A DNA stretch of 63,790 bases, filler included, from Octopus bimaculoides (Eukaryota): assembly GCF_001194135.2 (NCBI RefSeq). It is 9 parts of 8 records of this genome, joined end to end, with 100 filler letters (N's around TTAATTAATTAA, not from the genome) between each part and the next. Parts side by side here need not be neighbours in the genome. Positions count along the whole stretch, not along the records: positions 1 to 25,768 come from NC_068986.1; positions 25,869 to 37,890 come from NC_068986.1; 7 more parts are not named here. One strand, 5' to 3'. Made by a program: the position numbers and the translations under genes. The notes below the pieces were generated by a model. That model did not search any database and had not been told where the DNA came from. It worked only from the letters and a program-made list of their open reading frames with translations. Below, piece by piece: positions 24,413-37,065 of this stretch; position 1 is the first letter of the stretch, and every line of letters starts with the position of its first letter.

Positions 24413-25328
24413 TTTATGTTTTTTTTTCTTTGTCTTTCATTCTACATTGGCAGTTATCTTTTAACCGGCAACAGTTAACAAAAAGCTTCGACAGTCATTT
24501 AAGAGGGTTTAAAGGCAATTATTGTCAACTACCTGTCTCAGATAACGAGTACGTTAGATAGATTCATTATTTAGGTTTCTTACCAAACGATCAGGCTGGA
24601 GAGTGTAAATGTGTGTGCGCGTGCAAGTATATGTGTGTGTATGTGTGTGTGGTTGTGTGTGTGTGTGGGGGGGAGATAGAATGTGTGCGTATATGTGTGT
24701 ACGTGCATGTGCGAGCATGTGGTAGCGCTAAACATAGACAAGAATATTTGACCAAATGCAATCTGCTTATTTCATTCATTGAGTATAAGAAAAACCTACT
24801 AAAACAACGAAGAAATTCTTCCATGTTGTTTAATGCTTTTTTTTTTGTTTTTTGTTTTTGCTATTCAGTCAGTTTTTCTTAATTCTTTTCATGAAATAAA
24901 TTTTACGTTATATTTCCAGACGTCTCTCACATTTTCTCATTTTCTTCAGTTTAGCAATTCTCAAGAGAGACATACTTCTAAATGTAAATTAAATGACTAA
25001 TTGCTCGATTAGAATCGCAAATGGTTTTGGTAGTTAGATCAATTTATCATTTCCGGTGTGAACGGGACATATAATAAATTAATAGCGTATTATTAATTAA
25101 TAGAATATTAAATGAGTAGCTGGATAAATTCTTAATCCTCCATACCATCATATGCAAGTTCAAATTACGAAAGAGATTGAATTAACCTCAGTATACGACT
25201 GGTAGACATCATATGAACTTCGGACAATAAATGTTAAATTCCACTCGAGTTGGATTTGAATAGAGGAGATGGAGGGACGCAACTGAATACCAATAGGTAT
25301 TACTTTAGTAATAATAATAATGATAATA

Positions 25329-25393
<65 letters not shown>

Positions 25394-25395
<2 letters not shown>

Positions 25396-25768
25396 CATCT
25401 TCGAAGCCAAAAACACCATGTACAAAAAAATTACAAACAGATTAAATAACACGGGTATTATTACACCCAAGAATAACAACCGAGAAGTGCGTACTGTAAG
25501 CTTGTTACGAAAAAAATACGAAGATCTGAACGTGCAAAACAATCTGACAACAGAAATAAACGAACCGGTACCCTACGAAAACGATGACCGTCAAAATAAA
25601 GGACCGGACGTTGTTCCTCATGTCCCGCAAACAAAACCAAAACGGCATAAATGGACACGTGAGGAATACATTTCGATACTATACGCCTATTTCACAGCAG
25701 TGCTCTACCCAAAATACGAAAACGCAACAACACATACATATAAAATATGGAAGAAAAATAATGTAAAT
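25394..25768 (+). mobile_element. 5' end of an R4/Dong-type LINE with a Myb-like N-terminal motif; frame open into the gap
   Basis: Follows (AAT)n 25307-25393. ATG at ~25418; PKRHKWTREEYISILYAYF..NATTHTYKIWKKNN resembles the R4-clade RxKWTxEE..MxxY motif also seen at 53290 (-). Confidence 0.65.
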
Positions 25769-27427
25769 NNNNNNNNNNNNNNNNNNNNNNNNNNNNNNNN
25801 NNNNNNNNNNNNTTAATTAATTAANNNNNNNNNNNNNNNNNNNNNNNNNNNNNNNNNNNNNNNNNNNNAACACAATTGTAAATAAATCCTCTTCGGGCAT
25901 TTTGGAAACGGAACAAACAGTAGATTCATTGATGCCACAATAGTGAAGCTTCCACCGTCATGTGTTTTCTTGGTCATTTCTACTTTTTCTTGTAGTACAC
26001 TTGCCTGCACCGTTTGGTAACTATCATGCGCCTTCGAATTTTTATGCTCACTCGTCCCATGTTGATGGATACGTGTACGTAAATCTGCATTTTAAAAAAA
26101 GCGCAGCCTCACAGTACTTAGATACAAACATAAACCACAATCAATGCATTGTGGGTAGCTGAGCATTGCGGGAGGTCTCTGGAGCGTGCAAGCTGAATTT
26201 TTGCGTACAAGCAGTTACTGTATACAAGTAGAATTTTCGATTGATCGCCGACCCGTGTTATCCCAGATCAATCTATGATAAGTAATTGCGCGTACCATTT
26301 TATTCTGGAACAGTGATGAATGAATCAGTGATAAACGAAGCTACATGTATTACACACTCCATTACTTTTCTGTGTACATATATACTATTATCCACTGCTG
26401 TATTGCATCGCAGCCGATCTTCCGATAAAGCTACGGTATCTTTCTGGTCCATGGCTTTCTAAGCTAGTGATGCAATTCCTAACATAAGTGTGACCATTTG
26501 GTTTTTGTTTTTGGTAAGTTTTTTTTTTTTTCGCTTTTTTGTTTTTTAATTTTTTTTCTACCCGGTGACAGAAGGCGAGATTATTTGAACCCAAAACGCA
26601 AACGGCAGAAACAGGTACAACTAGCCATCCTATCCAACATTCCAGCAAACTACCTCCAAACCACTACCTTGGTTTGACGCTTTATTTATCGACCCCGAAA
26701 TGATGAAAGAAAGACAAAGACGTCTTTAATAGGGTTTGAACCCAGAACGCAAGTTATCGGAACAAATACCGCAAACCATTCCTTCCGACGCTCTTAGCTC
26801 ATCACCTGATTTATATTTATAAGCAAAAGAAGTATCTATTGATGAACTCACTGTTGCGACAGATTAAAATGAACAAGAAAAATGACAAATTTCACGATTG
26901 TTAGATTAGATATATTCATTCTTATATAAAACTAATTAATTCATCTGCTTTATCAGTTAATAAGTTCTGTAAGTAATTTTACTCAAATACTTATTGTCTA
27001 TACTACACACCTTTTCGAATCATAAGTAATTTTCTCGTACATTTGATACCAAATATACGCTATCATAAGATGGCGTATATTTGGAGCGTTACGTTGTTTT
27101 TCTCGTATACTTATCGTCAAATCTACACTACCAGACGACAATTGATAATTCGAACCAATGTAGGTATCTCTATGGCAGGAATGCACAACCTTTTGCGTCC
27201 AAAGGGTCAAATTGTGAATTCGATCATTCAAGGTGGGCTGCAAAGTATATTATATAATGTAGATGATCAAGAAACATACAAAAATAGTAGTATAGAATAG
27301 GTTAATGAAGACATGAAGAAAACTAAAATAATAATATAATAATAAAAGTTAATAAATAAATACTGCCGTGTTTTCAGTGTGTGATTGTGGTACAAGCAGT
27401 TCGCTGTGTTAATGTTCAGTCATTTAT

Positions 27428-27797
27428 TCTTTTCTACTCTAGGCACAAGGCCCGAAATTTTGGGGGAGGGGGGCCAGTCGATTAGATTGACCCCAGTACG
27501 CAACTGGTACTTAATTTATCGACCGCGAAAGGATGAAAGGCAAAGTCGACCTCGGCGAAATTTGAACTCAGAACGTAAAGACAGACGAAATATCGCTAAG
27601 CACTTCGCCCGGCATGCTAACGTTTCTTATTTCTTTACTGCCCACAAGGGGCTACACACAGAGGGGACAAACAAGGACAGACAAACGGATTAAGTTGATT
27701 ATATCGACCCCAGTGCGTAACTGGTACTTATTTAATCGACCCCGAAAGGATGAAAGGCAAAGTCGACCTCGGTGGAATTTGAACTCAGAACATGAAG
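27428..27797 (-). mobile_element. Two tandem SINE family A copies (the second has the alternative 3' tail)
   Basis: CGAAAGGATGAAAGGCAAAGTCGACCTCGG core twice. The CCCACAAGGGGCTACACACAGAGGGGAC tail is shared with 41204-41428. Confidence 0.85.
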
Positions 27798-28584
27798 NNN
27801 NNNNNNNNNNNNNNNNNNNNNNNNNNNNNNNNNNNNNNNNNNNNNNNNNNNNNNNNNNNNNNNNNNNNNNNNNNNNNNNNNNNNNNNNNNNNNNNNNNNN
27901 NNNNNNNNNNNNNNNNNNNNNNNNNNNNNNNNNNNNNNNNNNNNNNNNNNNNNNNNNNNNNNNNNNNNNNNNNNNNNNNNNNNNNNNNNNNNNNNNNNNN
28001 NNNNNNNNNNNNNNNNNNNNNNNNNNNNNNNNNNNNNNNNNNNNNNNNNNNNNNNNNNNNNNNNNNNNNNNNNNNNNNNNNNNNNNNNNNNNNNNNNNNN
28101 NNNNNNNNNNNNNNNNNNNNNNNNNNNNNNNNNNNNNNNNNNNNNNNNNNNNNNNNNNNNNNNNNNNNNNNNNNNNNNNNNNNNNNNNNNNNNNNNNNNN
28201 NNNNNNNNNNNNNNNNNNNNNNNNNNNNNNNNNNNNNNNNNNNNNNNNNNNNNNNNNNNNNNNNNNNNNNNNNNNNNNNNNNNNNNNNNNNNNNNNNNNN
28301 NNNNNNNNNNNNNNNNNNNNNNNNNNNNNNNNNNNNNNNNNNNNNNNNNNNNNNNNNNNNNNNNNNNNNNNNNNNNNNNNNNNNNNNCAGACTCCTTCAA
28401 ATTACGTCCTAACGTTCATTGAAAAGACGACAGTGCAGAGTGTACTCGTAAATGCATTAATACAAAAAAGACGAACTGGTTATGGATGGTAGTGCATTGA
28501 TCATAAATCTGCTCACCCACGGTTGACCAGGTGTTAAACAAACAAACAACTACAACCAGATATAATTATTTTTCTGTTGTTGTA

Positions 28585-28781
28585 TATCTTTTACTTGTTT
28601 CAGTCATTACATTACGGTTATGCAAGGGTTAAGTGAAAAAAAAATCGGCTCCACTACATTTTTTTTTTTTTTTTTAATTTTTGCTTAGTACTTATTCTAC
28701 CAGTTTTCTTTTGTTGAACTACTCTGTTACGGAGAAATAAACAAACCAACACCGATTGTCAACACACACACATACATACAT

Positions 28782-28845
<64 letters not shown>

Positions 28846-28930
28846 TAGTTTGCCCAGTGAAAACACTTGCCGAAAGCGCACTGTGGGACTGAACTTGAAT
28901 CCATGTGGTTGCAAAGCGTGTTTCGTAATT
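28585..28930 (-). mobile_element. SINE family B, degenerate, with internal (CA)/(CATA)n
   Basis: CTTTTACTTGTTTCAGTCATT 3' end and GTGGGACTGAAC B-box region, both reverse complement. Confidence 0.6.
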
Positions 28931-30063
28931 GTGATATTTTTACATACCCATGGAATCTAAAGAAACAAAGTGGGGCATATATGGCTTTGACAATATTGAA
29001 GTAGAATGAGGCTGAGTTGTGCTCGAAATCGCGATTTTTAGATTATAACGCCCAAATTCTTGAAGAGCACATCGTTACACATAAAACTAATTCATTCACT
29101 CATGTGTGTTCTATTATGTGTTGTGTAATGTGGGATTTGGATGTTACTGGTTAGCAAGCTTCCTGTCATATCGTTTATTCTTAGTTGCCGACAACATTTA
29201 TAAAAGAGTTGAAGAGATTTGAATTTCAACTACTTTCAAAACGACATAGAAATATGGAAAAAGTAAAAATGAAAGACATAGCAGAAGTTTGCCAGAAGGA
29301 CATCGATGGTTTCTCAATGACACTTTGAAGGATTAAGTGATAAATGAAAATCGTATACGTCTTGCTTCCTCTTGTGTCTTCAATGACGAATAATAGCTTA
29401 GAGCTAAGTGTTGGAAACAAAAAGAAAATGTCTTTATAGTGATGGAAACTGAGGTCGGTGAGAAATCAAATAATTATTTACTGTTAATATCTTCCTTTTC
29501 TATACTTCTATATTTCTGGCTTCATTTTTAACTCATTTCGTACGAGATTTCCATTTTAGAAATAGTTATATATAGTGGCTAGTAAAGAAAGACGCAGTCG
29601 ATAGATGGTGCTTTGAAACGGCTGTCTCATTGACAAGAGAAATTGGTTTTAGTATTAATAACTACTAGCCAGTAGCAGCAGAAAGAGTTAACAGCAGTAA
29701 TTGGTAGAAAATTTCATATTCTAACTTAATAGGGTCTCGGAGCAAAAGCATAAACATAAACAAGTTAGCTTCAATAAAATGGAGTTCTTCCCATAAACAC
29801 TGACGTATTTCTATCACTGTTTCAGAAAGTTCTTTCCATTCTATCTTTTAACAAAGATGTTTTATTGTTCTGTGAACAAGATGGCGGAAAAAATATGAGG
29901 TATGAGAAGAAAATATGCGCTACTTTCGTTTAATTTCCAGTTTTATACACAAATCTTATTTCCTTATATAGTCTTCTTTAATATTTCCATCTATCTGTCT
30001 ATCTGTCTGCCAATCTCTCACTCTACCTATTTGTCAATTATCTATATTTCAATCTATCAATCA

Positions 30064-30104
<41 letters not shown>

Positions 30105-30632
30105 CCTACCTACCTATCTATCAATCTATCTATCGGCTATCTGCATACANNNNNNNNNNCTATCTATCAATCTATCTATCGGCTATCTGCATACACATAC
30201 CAGTGTCGCTTTAGCTCTATATCTGTTCTTTACACACCTATCGATTAGAATGGATATATTATCACACATAACATATTCTAATCATCTTTTTACTTTTCCT
30301 TGCATTAAATATGTTAACATCAACTTAACAATTGCTTGTTTTGTTTTGTTGTGTTTTAAATAGAAAGCAACTATAAGCTATATATTTCCAACACAATGTT
30401 ATTTTTCTCCGCCAATTATTCTTGAATGTTGTACATCTATCATTTTTTTCCCTTTATTACTTCGGCAAGTAAAATGACAGCTGTGCCTTGATGATGAGGT
30501 CAAAATATGACTGAAATATATGAAATTATTTCCTGTACTTGCTGAAGTATTTTTATATAACATTATTAATTTACTAAAATTGTTTCTTTTTCTCTCACCG
30601 TATAAATATTTCTAGTTAACTAGTCACTTAAA

Positions 30633-30835
30633 TATTGATTTCAAATTTTGGCACAAGGCCAGCAATTTCAAGGGACGCTGTAAGTCGATCACATCGGCCC
30701 CAGTGGTCGACTGGTATATATTTTCACGATCCCGAAAGGCTGAAAGGCAAGTCATCTCAGGCGGAGTTTGAACTCAGAATGTAAAGACGAACGAAATGCT
30801 GCTAAGCATTTCGTCCAGCTTGCTAACAATGTTGC
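30633..30835 (-). mobile_element. SINE family A copy
   Basis: Reverse complement of core, B-box (TTTGAACTC) and head. Confidence 0.75.
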
Positions 30836-31015
30836 CTTGTTAATCTCTTCAAACTATCAACAAATATACAAAAGACATCATAGTTAAACATTTCTGCTGA
30901 ATATTTATTTTATCTGTGTATTTAGACATCTATTTAGATAAACCTAGATATATAAATATGTTCTTTATCTCTCTTTTCATATTCATTTCATGAAATAACG
31001 CAGGGGTTCAGTAGC

Positions 31016-31875
31016 ATGGCGTCATTGCGAAAGAAATGTTTGAATTGCCCTGATTCTTTTTGTTATGTATGTGGGTGTTTTATAGCAGAAAGTCAAAGAA
31101 GGATTAACATTAGTGACTTTGTGAAAAGAGCCTACTTGACTTATCTTAATATTAAAATTGGTGATCCGGATAAATCGTGAGCCTCGCACAACCTATGTAA
31201 ACCCTGTGTCGAAAATATACGCCATTGGACAAAGAGTACAAGGAAACAACTAACATTTGGCATTCCTATGGTATGGTGGAAGCCAAAGAACCATGTAAAC
31301 GATTGTTACTTTTGTCTCACAAGGACTTCTGCTTATAGCAAGAGAACGCGACAGAAAATAAGTTACGCAAAAATGGATTCAGCAAGTCATCCAGTGTTTC
31401 ACTCTGATGAAATACCAGTACCCGTTTTCAAGGATCTACCTTCACTCTAAGATGAAAGTGATATATGCGAAGTAGATGTAAATCATGAAAATGACAGTGA
31501 TATAGACATTATAGAAACATCAACCAAAGAACGTGAAAACTTCAACCAGGTAGAACTTAATGATTCTGTTAGAGACCTAGGAATGCAAAAAAAAAAAAGA
31601 TTTATCAGAACTGTTAGCTTCTAAGCTTAAAGAAAAGAATTTGTTGCAGAAAGAAACAAACGTGATTTTTTATCGGAATAGGGAGAAAAAAAAGATCTCT
31701 TGACGTTCTTTACAACTGGAAAAGATTTTGTTTACTGTTGTGACATGGTGGGATTGTTAAACGTGATGGGTGTTGAACAGTGTGATCCAAGTGAATGGAG
31801 AGTCTTTATAGATACTTCAAAGAAGAGTCTAAAATGTGTATTACTCCATAATGGAAGCTTGTTTGGTGCGCCTCC
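31016..31875 (+). pseudogene. Chapaev3-like (CMC superfamily) DNA transposase relic, N-terminal ~half
   Basis: MASLRKKCLNCPDSFCYVCG..GDPDKS*ASHNLCKPC..FGIPMVWWKPKNHVNDCYFC..HSDEIPVP..ELNDSVRDLG..SELLASKLKEKNLL..EWRVFIDTSKKSLKCVLLHNG, with stops and frameshifts. The family name comes from recall of these motifs. Confidence 0.7.
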
Positions 31876-34134
31876 TACTGTCGCACGGTTTTCTGCGAAA
31901 GTAACGGAATTTTATGAATTATGTTTCACAATTTTAATATTAATTTTAGCAACCCGTTGTGTAATTTCGTTTGTTATCTGATTTACACTTAGACTTATCA
32001 AATGTATAATATGGAACTTACCGCTGTTCATCGTAATCGAGTGACGTAGTCTGGCTTTAATAGATATATCAATAATTTACTTCCACATTCTTTCTATGAT
32101 TTCCTCCGGACGAAGCACCAGTTCGATTTATCCGGAAAAATCGGATTGCTGGCAGAAACACAATACTCTGTATAAGTTCAGTGTGCGATGAGAAGGATAT
32201 CTTTAACGATTAAGCGATGTGATGATAGCGCTGGGATGTCAGCACAAATAAATTCTCTAGAGTTATTTTGCTCTGACGATATCGTCAATTACTTCTAACG
32301 ATGTAACTACACCTGTGCTGTTGGAGATTTCTTTTCCTTCTTTGGACGTTTCCTTTTCTCCTTTCCGACGAAGAACCATTCTCGAAAGTTAAACTCTCTT
32401 TTCACCGAGCGTCAAGGTAATACATTTCTTGTGCATATCCTCTTGTTGTCCGTTAATTTTATCATTCATCTATTTGAACTGATTGCTTATTTGAATTGAC
32501 TATATATGCCGTACACATTCCCTAGCTTTCTTACAAAGGGGCCTAATGCTCTTAGCTTAGACATTTTTGGGGACAACCAGATCGAACCATCTCAAGTGTA
32601 ACTGTCCGAAATGGTCGTGACTCCTGGTACTTGACTGATGAAAGAAAGCTAAGAATGACCTGTCTTTTTTTGCCTGTCCTTCTATTTGTTGTTTATCTTG
32701 TCCGCCTTTGTGTTGTCGATCAGTCCGAACGTTTTAATACTCTCTATTCCGTTTTTATTCCATTTATATATGTATATATATGATGAAGGGATATTCCAAG
32801 TGGCTTTCCGTTTTCCTATGTGTTCGTTCCGTTGTCTGTAGTTTATTGTTCTAACGTCCTGTACCCTGATATGCATGTATATACACATGTAGATGTAAGT
32901 ATGTACATATATGTGTGTATACATGTATATATATTCTTTGTATTATATNNNNNNNNNNNNNNNNNNNNNNNNNNNNNNNNNNNNNNNNNNNNNNNNNNNN
33001 NNNNNNNNNNNNNNNNNNNNNNNNNNNNNNNNNNNNNNNNNNNNNNNNNNNNNNNNNNNNNNNNNNNNNNNNNNNNNNNNNNNNNNNNNNNNNNNNNNNN
33101 NNNNNNNNNNNNNNNNNNNNNNNNNNNNNNNNNNNNNNNNNNNNNNNNNNNNNNNNNNNNNNNNNNNNNNNNNNNNNNNNNNNNNNNNNNNNNNNNNNNN
33201 NNNNNNNNNNNNNNNNNNNNNNNNNNNNNNNNNNNNNNNNNNNNNNNNNNNNNNNNNNNNNNNNNNNNNNNNNNNNNNNNNNNNNNNNNNNNNNNNNNNN
33301 NNNNNNNNNNNNNNNNNNNNNNNNNNNNNNNNNNNNNNNNNNNNNNNNNNNNNNNNNNNNNNNNNNNNNNNNNNNNNNNNNNNNNNNNNNNNNNNNNNNN
33401 NNNNNNNNNNNNNNNNNNNNNNNNNNNNNNNNNNNNNNNNNNNNNNNNNNNNNNNNNNNNNNNNNNNNNNNNNNNNNNNNNNNNNNNNNNNNNNNNNNNN
33501 NNNNNNNNNNNNNNNNNNNNNNNNNNNNNNNNNNNNNNNNNNNNNNNNNNNNNNNNNNNNNNNNNNNNNNNNNNNNNNNNNNNNNNNNNNNNNNNNNNNN
33601 NNNNNNNNNNNNNNNNNNNNNNNNNNNNNNNNNNNNNNNNNNNNNNNNNNNNNNNNNNNNNNNNNNNNNNNNNNNNNNNNNNNNNNNNNNNNNNNNNNNN
33701 NNNNNNNNNNNNNNNNNNNNNNNNNNNNNNNNNNNNNNNNNNNNNNNNNNNNNNNNNNNNNNATATAAGTAGGTAGAGAGATAGACAGGCAGAAAAGATT
33801 TATATATTATATTAAACACTCACATCACGCGCAGATGTATGATTGCTTACATTTTTCATATTAATATATGTTTATTCATTAATTTATCATTTACTGTTAC
33901 TATTATTGTTGTTGTTATTAGTTGTTACTGTTGTTGTTATGTATTCAATTATTCATATTTGTCAGAAAATTTTTTGTGCCAATTTTTCACATTTGCTCGT
34001 TTTTTTTTTTTAACTTATGTTTTGAGATTTATTTTTGCAGTTGATTTTTTTTTGTTTTTGCTTTATTTTTTTTATTTACTTGTATGATCCGTATTGTTTT
34101 TTTTTCTTCTTCCTTCCAAACAATCACATGTCAT

Positions 34135-34337
34135 CCCACTACCACCACCACTGCCACCACTACCATCACCACCACCACCATTGCTGCCACCACTACCACC
34201 ATCACCACCACTACCATCACCACCACTACCACCACCACTACCACCACCACTACCACCACTACCACCACCACTACCACCACCACCACTACCACCACCACCA
34301 CTATCACAACCCCACTACCACCATCACCACTACCACC
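34135..34337. repeat. (ACC/ACT)n trinucleotide microsatellite
   Basis: Direct reading; explains the poly-H/T/P ORFs in the track. Confidence 0.95.
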
Positions 34338-35599
34338 NNNNNNNNNNNNNNNNNNNNNNNNNNNNNNNNNNNNNNNNNNNNNNNNNNNNNNNNNNNNNNN
34401 NNNNNNNNNNNNNNNNNNNNNNNNNNNNNNNNNNNNNNNNNNNNNNNNNNNNNNNNNNNNNNNNNNNNNNNNNNNNNNNNNNNNNNNNNNNNNNNNNNNN
34501 NNNNNNNNNNNNNNNNNNNNNNNNNNNNNNNNNNNNNNNNNNNNNNNNNNNNNNNNNNNNNNNNNNNNNNNNNNNNNNNNNNNNNNNNNNNNNNNNNNNN
34601 NNNNNNNNNNNNNNNNNNNNNNNNNNNNNNNNNNNNNNNNNNNNNNNNNNNNNNNNNNNNNNNNNNNNNNNNNNNNNNNNNNNNNNNNNNNNNNNNNNNN
34701 NNNNNNNNNNNNNNNNNNNNNNNNNNNNNNNNNNNNNNNNNNNNNNNNNNNNNNNNNNNNNNNNNNNNNNNNNNNNNNNNNNNNNNNNNNNNNNNNNNNN
34801 NNNNNNNNNNNNNNNNNNNNNNNNNNNNNNNNNNNNNNNNNNNNNNNNNNNNNNNNNNNNNNNNNNNNNNNNNNNNNNNNNNNNNNNNNNNNNNNNNNNN
34901 NNNNNNNNNNNNNNNNNNNNNNNNNNNNNNNNNNNNNNNNNNNNNNNNNNNNNNNNNNNNNNNNNNNNNNNNNNNNNNNNNNNNNNNNNNNNNNNNNNNN
35001 NNNNNNNNNNNNNNNNNNNNNNNNNNNNNNNNNNNNNNNNNNNNNNNNNNNNNNNNNNNNNNNNNNNNNNNNNNNNNNNNNNNNNNNNNNNNNNNNNNNN
35101 NNNNNNNNNNNNNNNNNNNNNNNNNNNNNNNNNNNNNNNNNNNNNNNNNNNNNNNNNNNNNNNNNNNNNNNNNNNNNNNNNNNNNNNNNNNNNNNNNNNN
35201 NNNNNNNNNNNNNNNNNNNNNNNNNNNNNNNNNNNNNNNNNNNNNNNNNTCTCTCTCTCTCTCTCTCCCTCTCTCTCTCCCTAGTCCCCACTTCGTCCAA
35301 TCACACCAACCCATCTCCAACGTTTCTGATGAGTCTCCTCTCTGTGCCCGACCCTTTCACATCATCTTCATAAATAAATATATCTTTGATGAACCCTTAA
35401 TTGATGGCGTTAGTGAGGGCGGGGTTGTTCTAACTTAGGTCTCCATTATACGCCACAACTGTCATTAACCCCTTCTTTTAACACTCCCTTCTTCCACGTC
35501 TTTCTATTGTCAGTTTTATTTCAATCTACAATACCGAACGTGCTTCTCGCTCACACCATTCTTTATCTGTAGTTACATTTCGTTATCACTACTCTATCA

Positions 35600-35752
35600 G
35601 TCTGTCTGTCTGTCTATCTGTCTATCCGTCACTCAGTCTGTCTGTCTATCTACCTACACATCCATCTCTATTTATCTATCTATCTATTTCTGTCTTTCTA
35701 TCTATTTATCGGTCTGTCTCTCTGTCTATCTGTCTATTTATCTATCCGTCTG

Positions 35753-35789
<37 letters not shown>

Positions 35790-35803
35790 ATATATATATA
35801 TAG
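35600..35803. repeat. (TCTA/TCTG)n tetranucleotide tract
   Basis: Direct reading; similar tracts at 30060-30200 and 54520-54633. Confidence 0.9.
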
Positions 35804-36925
35804 ATATGCAGGGCAGGGAATCGTCAATGATTATATATNNNNNNNNNNNNNNNNNNNNNNNNNNNNNNNNNNNNNNNNNNNNNNNNNNNNNNNNNNNNNN
35901 NNNNNNNNNNNNNNNNNNNNNNNNNNNNNNNNNNNNNNNNNNNNNNNNNNNNNNNNNNNNNNNNNNNNNNNNNNNNNNNNNNNNNNNNNNNNNNNNNNNN
36001 NNNNNNNNNNNNNNNNNNNNNNNNNNNNNNNNNNNNNNNNNNNNNNNNNNNNNNNNNNNNNNNNNNNNNNNNNNNNNNNNNNNNNNNNNNNNNNNNNNNN
36101 NNNNNNNNNNNNNNNNNNNNNNNNNNNNNNNNNNNNNNNNNNNNNNNNNNNNNNNNNNNNNNNNNNNNNNNNNNNNNNNNNNNNGGTAATGTTCTCCGAT
36201 GGTAGAAAGAATTCCGCGAATTAGGTACTGCAAAGTCAGTCGGAAGGCCGAGGGTCCGTGTGTGAGCGTGCGGTAAATAGTAAATCCCCCCCCCCAAAAA
36301 AAAAACACAAAAAAAAAACAAGAACAAACGCAAGAAGAAAATACGTCTGCTAATACTTTGCATGTACCACGTCCTTGCGTTGTTTTTTGTGTTTATTCTT
36401 CGTTTTGGGGGAATTTACTATTTTTGCATATATTTTTTTCTGTCTTTCCAGCTATATCTGTCTATCTAAATTTATTTGTCTGTGTATTTATTTATCCATC
36501 AATTTATCTATCCATCTATCGGCCTATCATTTTCTCCTCCCTCCCTCCCACCTCTCTCTCTCTCTCTCTTCATGCCAGCTTATAAGCCACTACCTTCATC
36601 TCTACTACCAACACCATCATGATGGTGATCGTTTAACTTTGTAAGAAAAGCAGTCAAATCTCCTTCCAACCATATTCTACAGTCTTATATAAAGAAAAAA
36701 ACCAATGAAACATTGAATACAATCTTCCCTATATATAGCCTCAAAAGGACGAGAATCTCACGGTCAGAATACTTTTTGATCATAAACTCGACTAGAGCTA
36801 ACATGAGGCTAAACATCAACAACAATAACGCCCAGGAAAGCCGTTACATGGTCGCTTGACCTGCGAGAAACAGAAGCTAATTCTCTCTAAAATCACACGC
36901 TATTGTCTCGAAAAAGGCAGGACAT

Positions 36926-37065
36926 ATTCTTTTCTACTCTAAGCACAAGGCCTGAAATTTTGGGTGAGGGGGCCAGTCGATTAGATCGACCCCAGTACGC
37001 AACTGGTACTTTATTTATCGACCTCGAAAGGATGAAAGGCAAAGTCGACCTCGGCAGAATTTGAA
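36926..37065 (-). mobile_element. SINE family A, 3' half
   Basis: GCACAAGGCC tail and GAAAGGATGAAAGGCAAAGTCGACCTCGG core. Confidence 0.8.

Noticed and set aside
25813-25824. TTAATTAATTAA islands inside N runs (also ~37935, 45190, 54273, 56359, 59097, 60478, 62730)
   Set aside because: An identical six-frame-stop 12-mer centred in fixed-length gaps is a scaffolding linker, not biological sequence.
30491-30522. AUGAUGA GGUCA-AAAUA-UGACU GAAA UAUAU G hammerhead-like string
   Set aside because: It has a good stem II and palindromic stem III, but C3 is A, position 17 is G and no stem I forms. At most a remnant.
35326-35360. CUGAUGAGUC...GAC motif
   Set aside because: No GAAA box or stems I/III follow. 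The other CUGAUGA hits (14130 -, 31402 +, 32635 +, 45633 -) lie in TE coding relics or lack stems.
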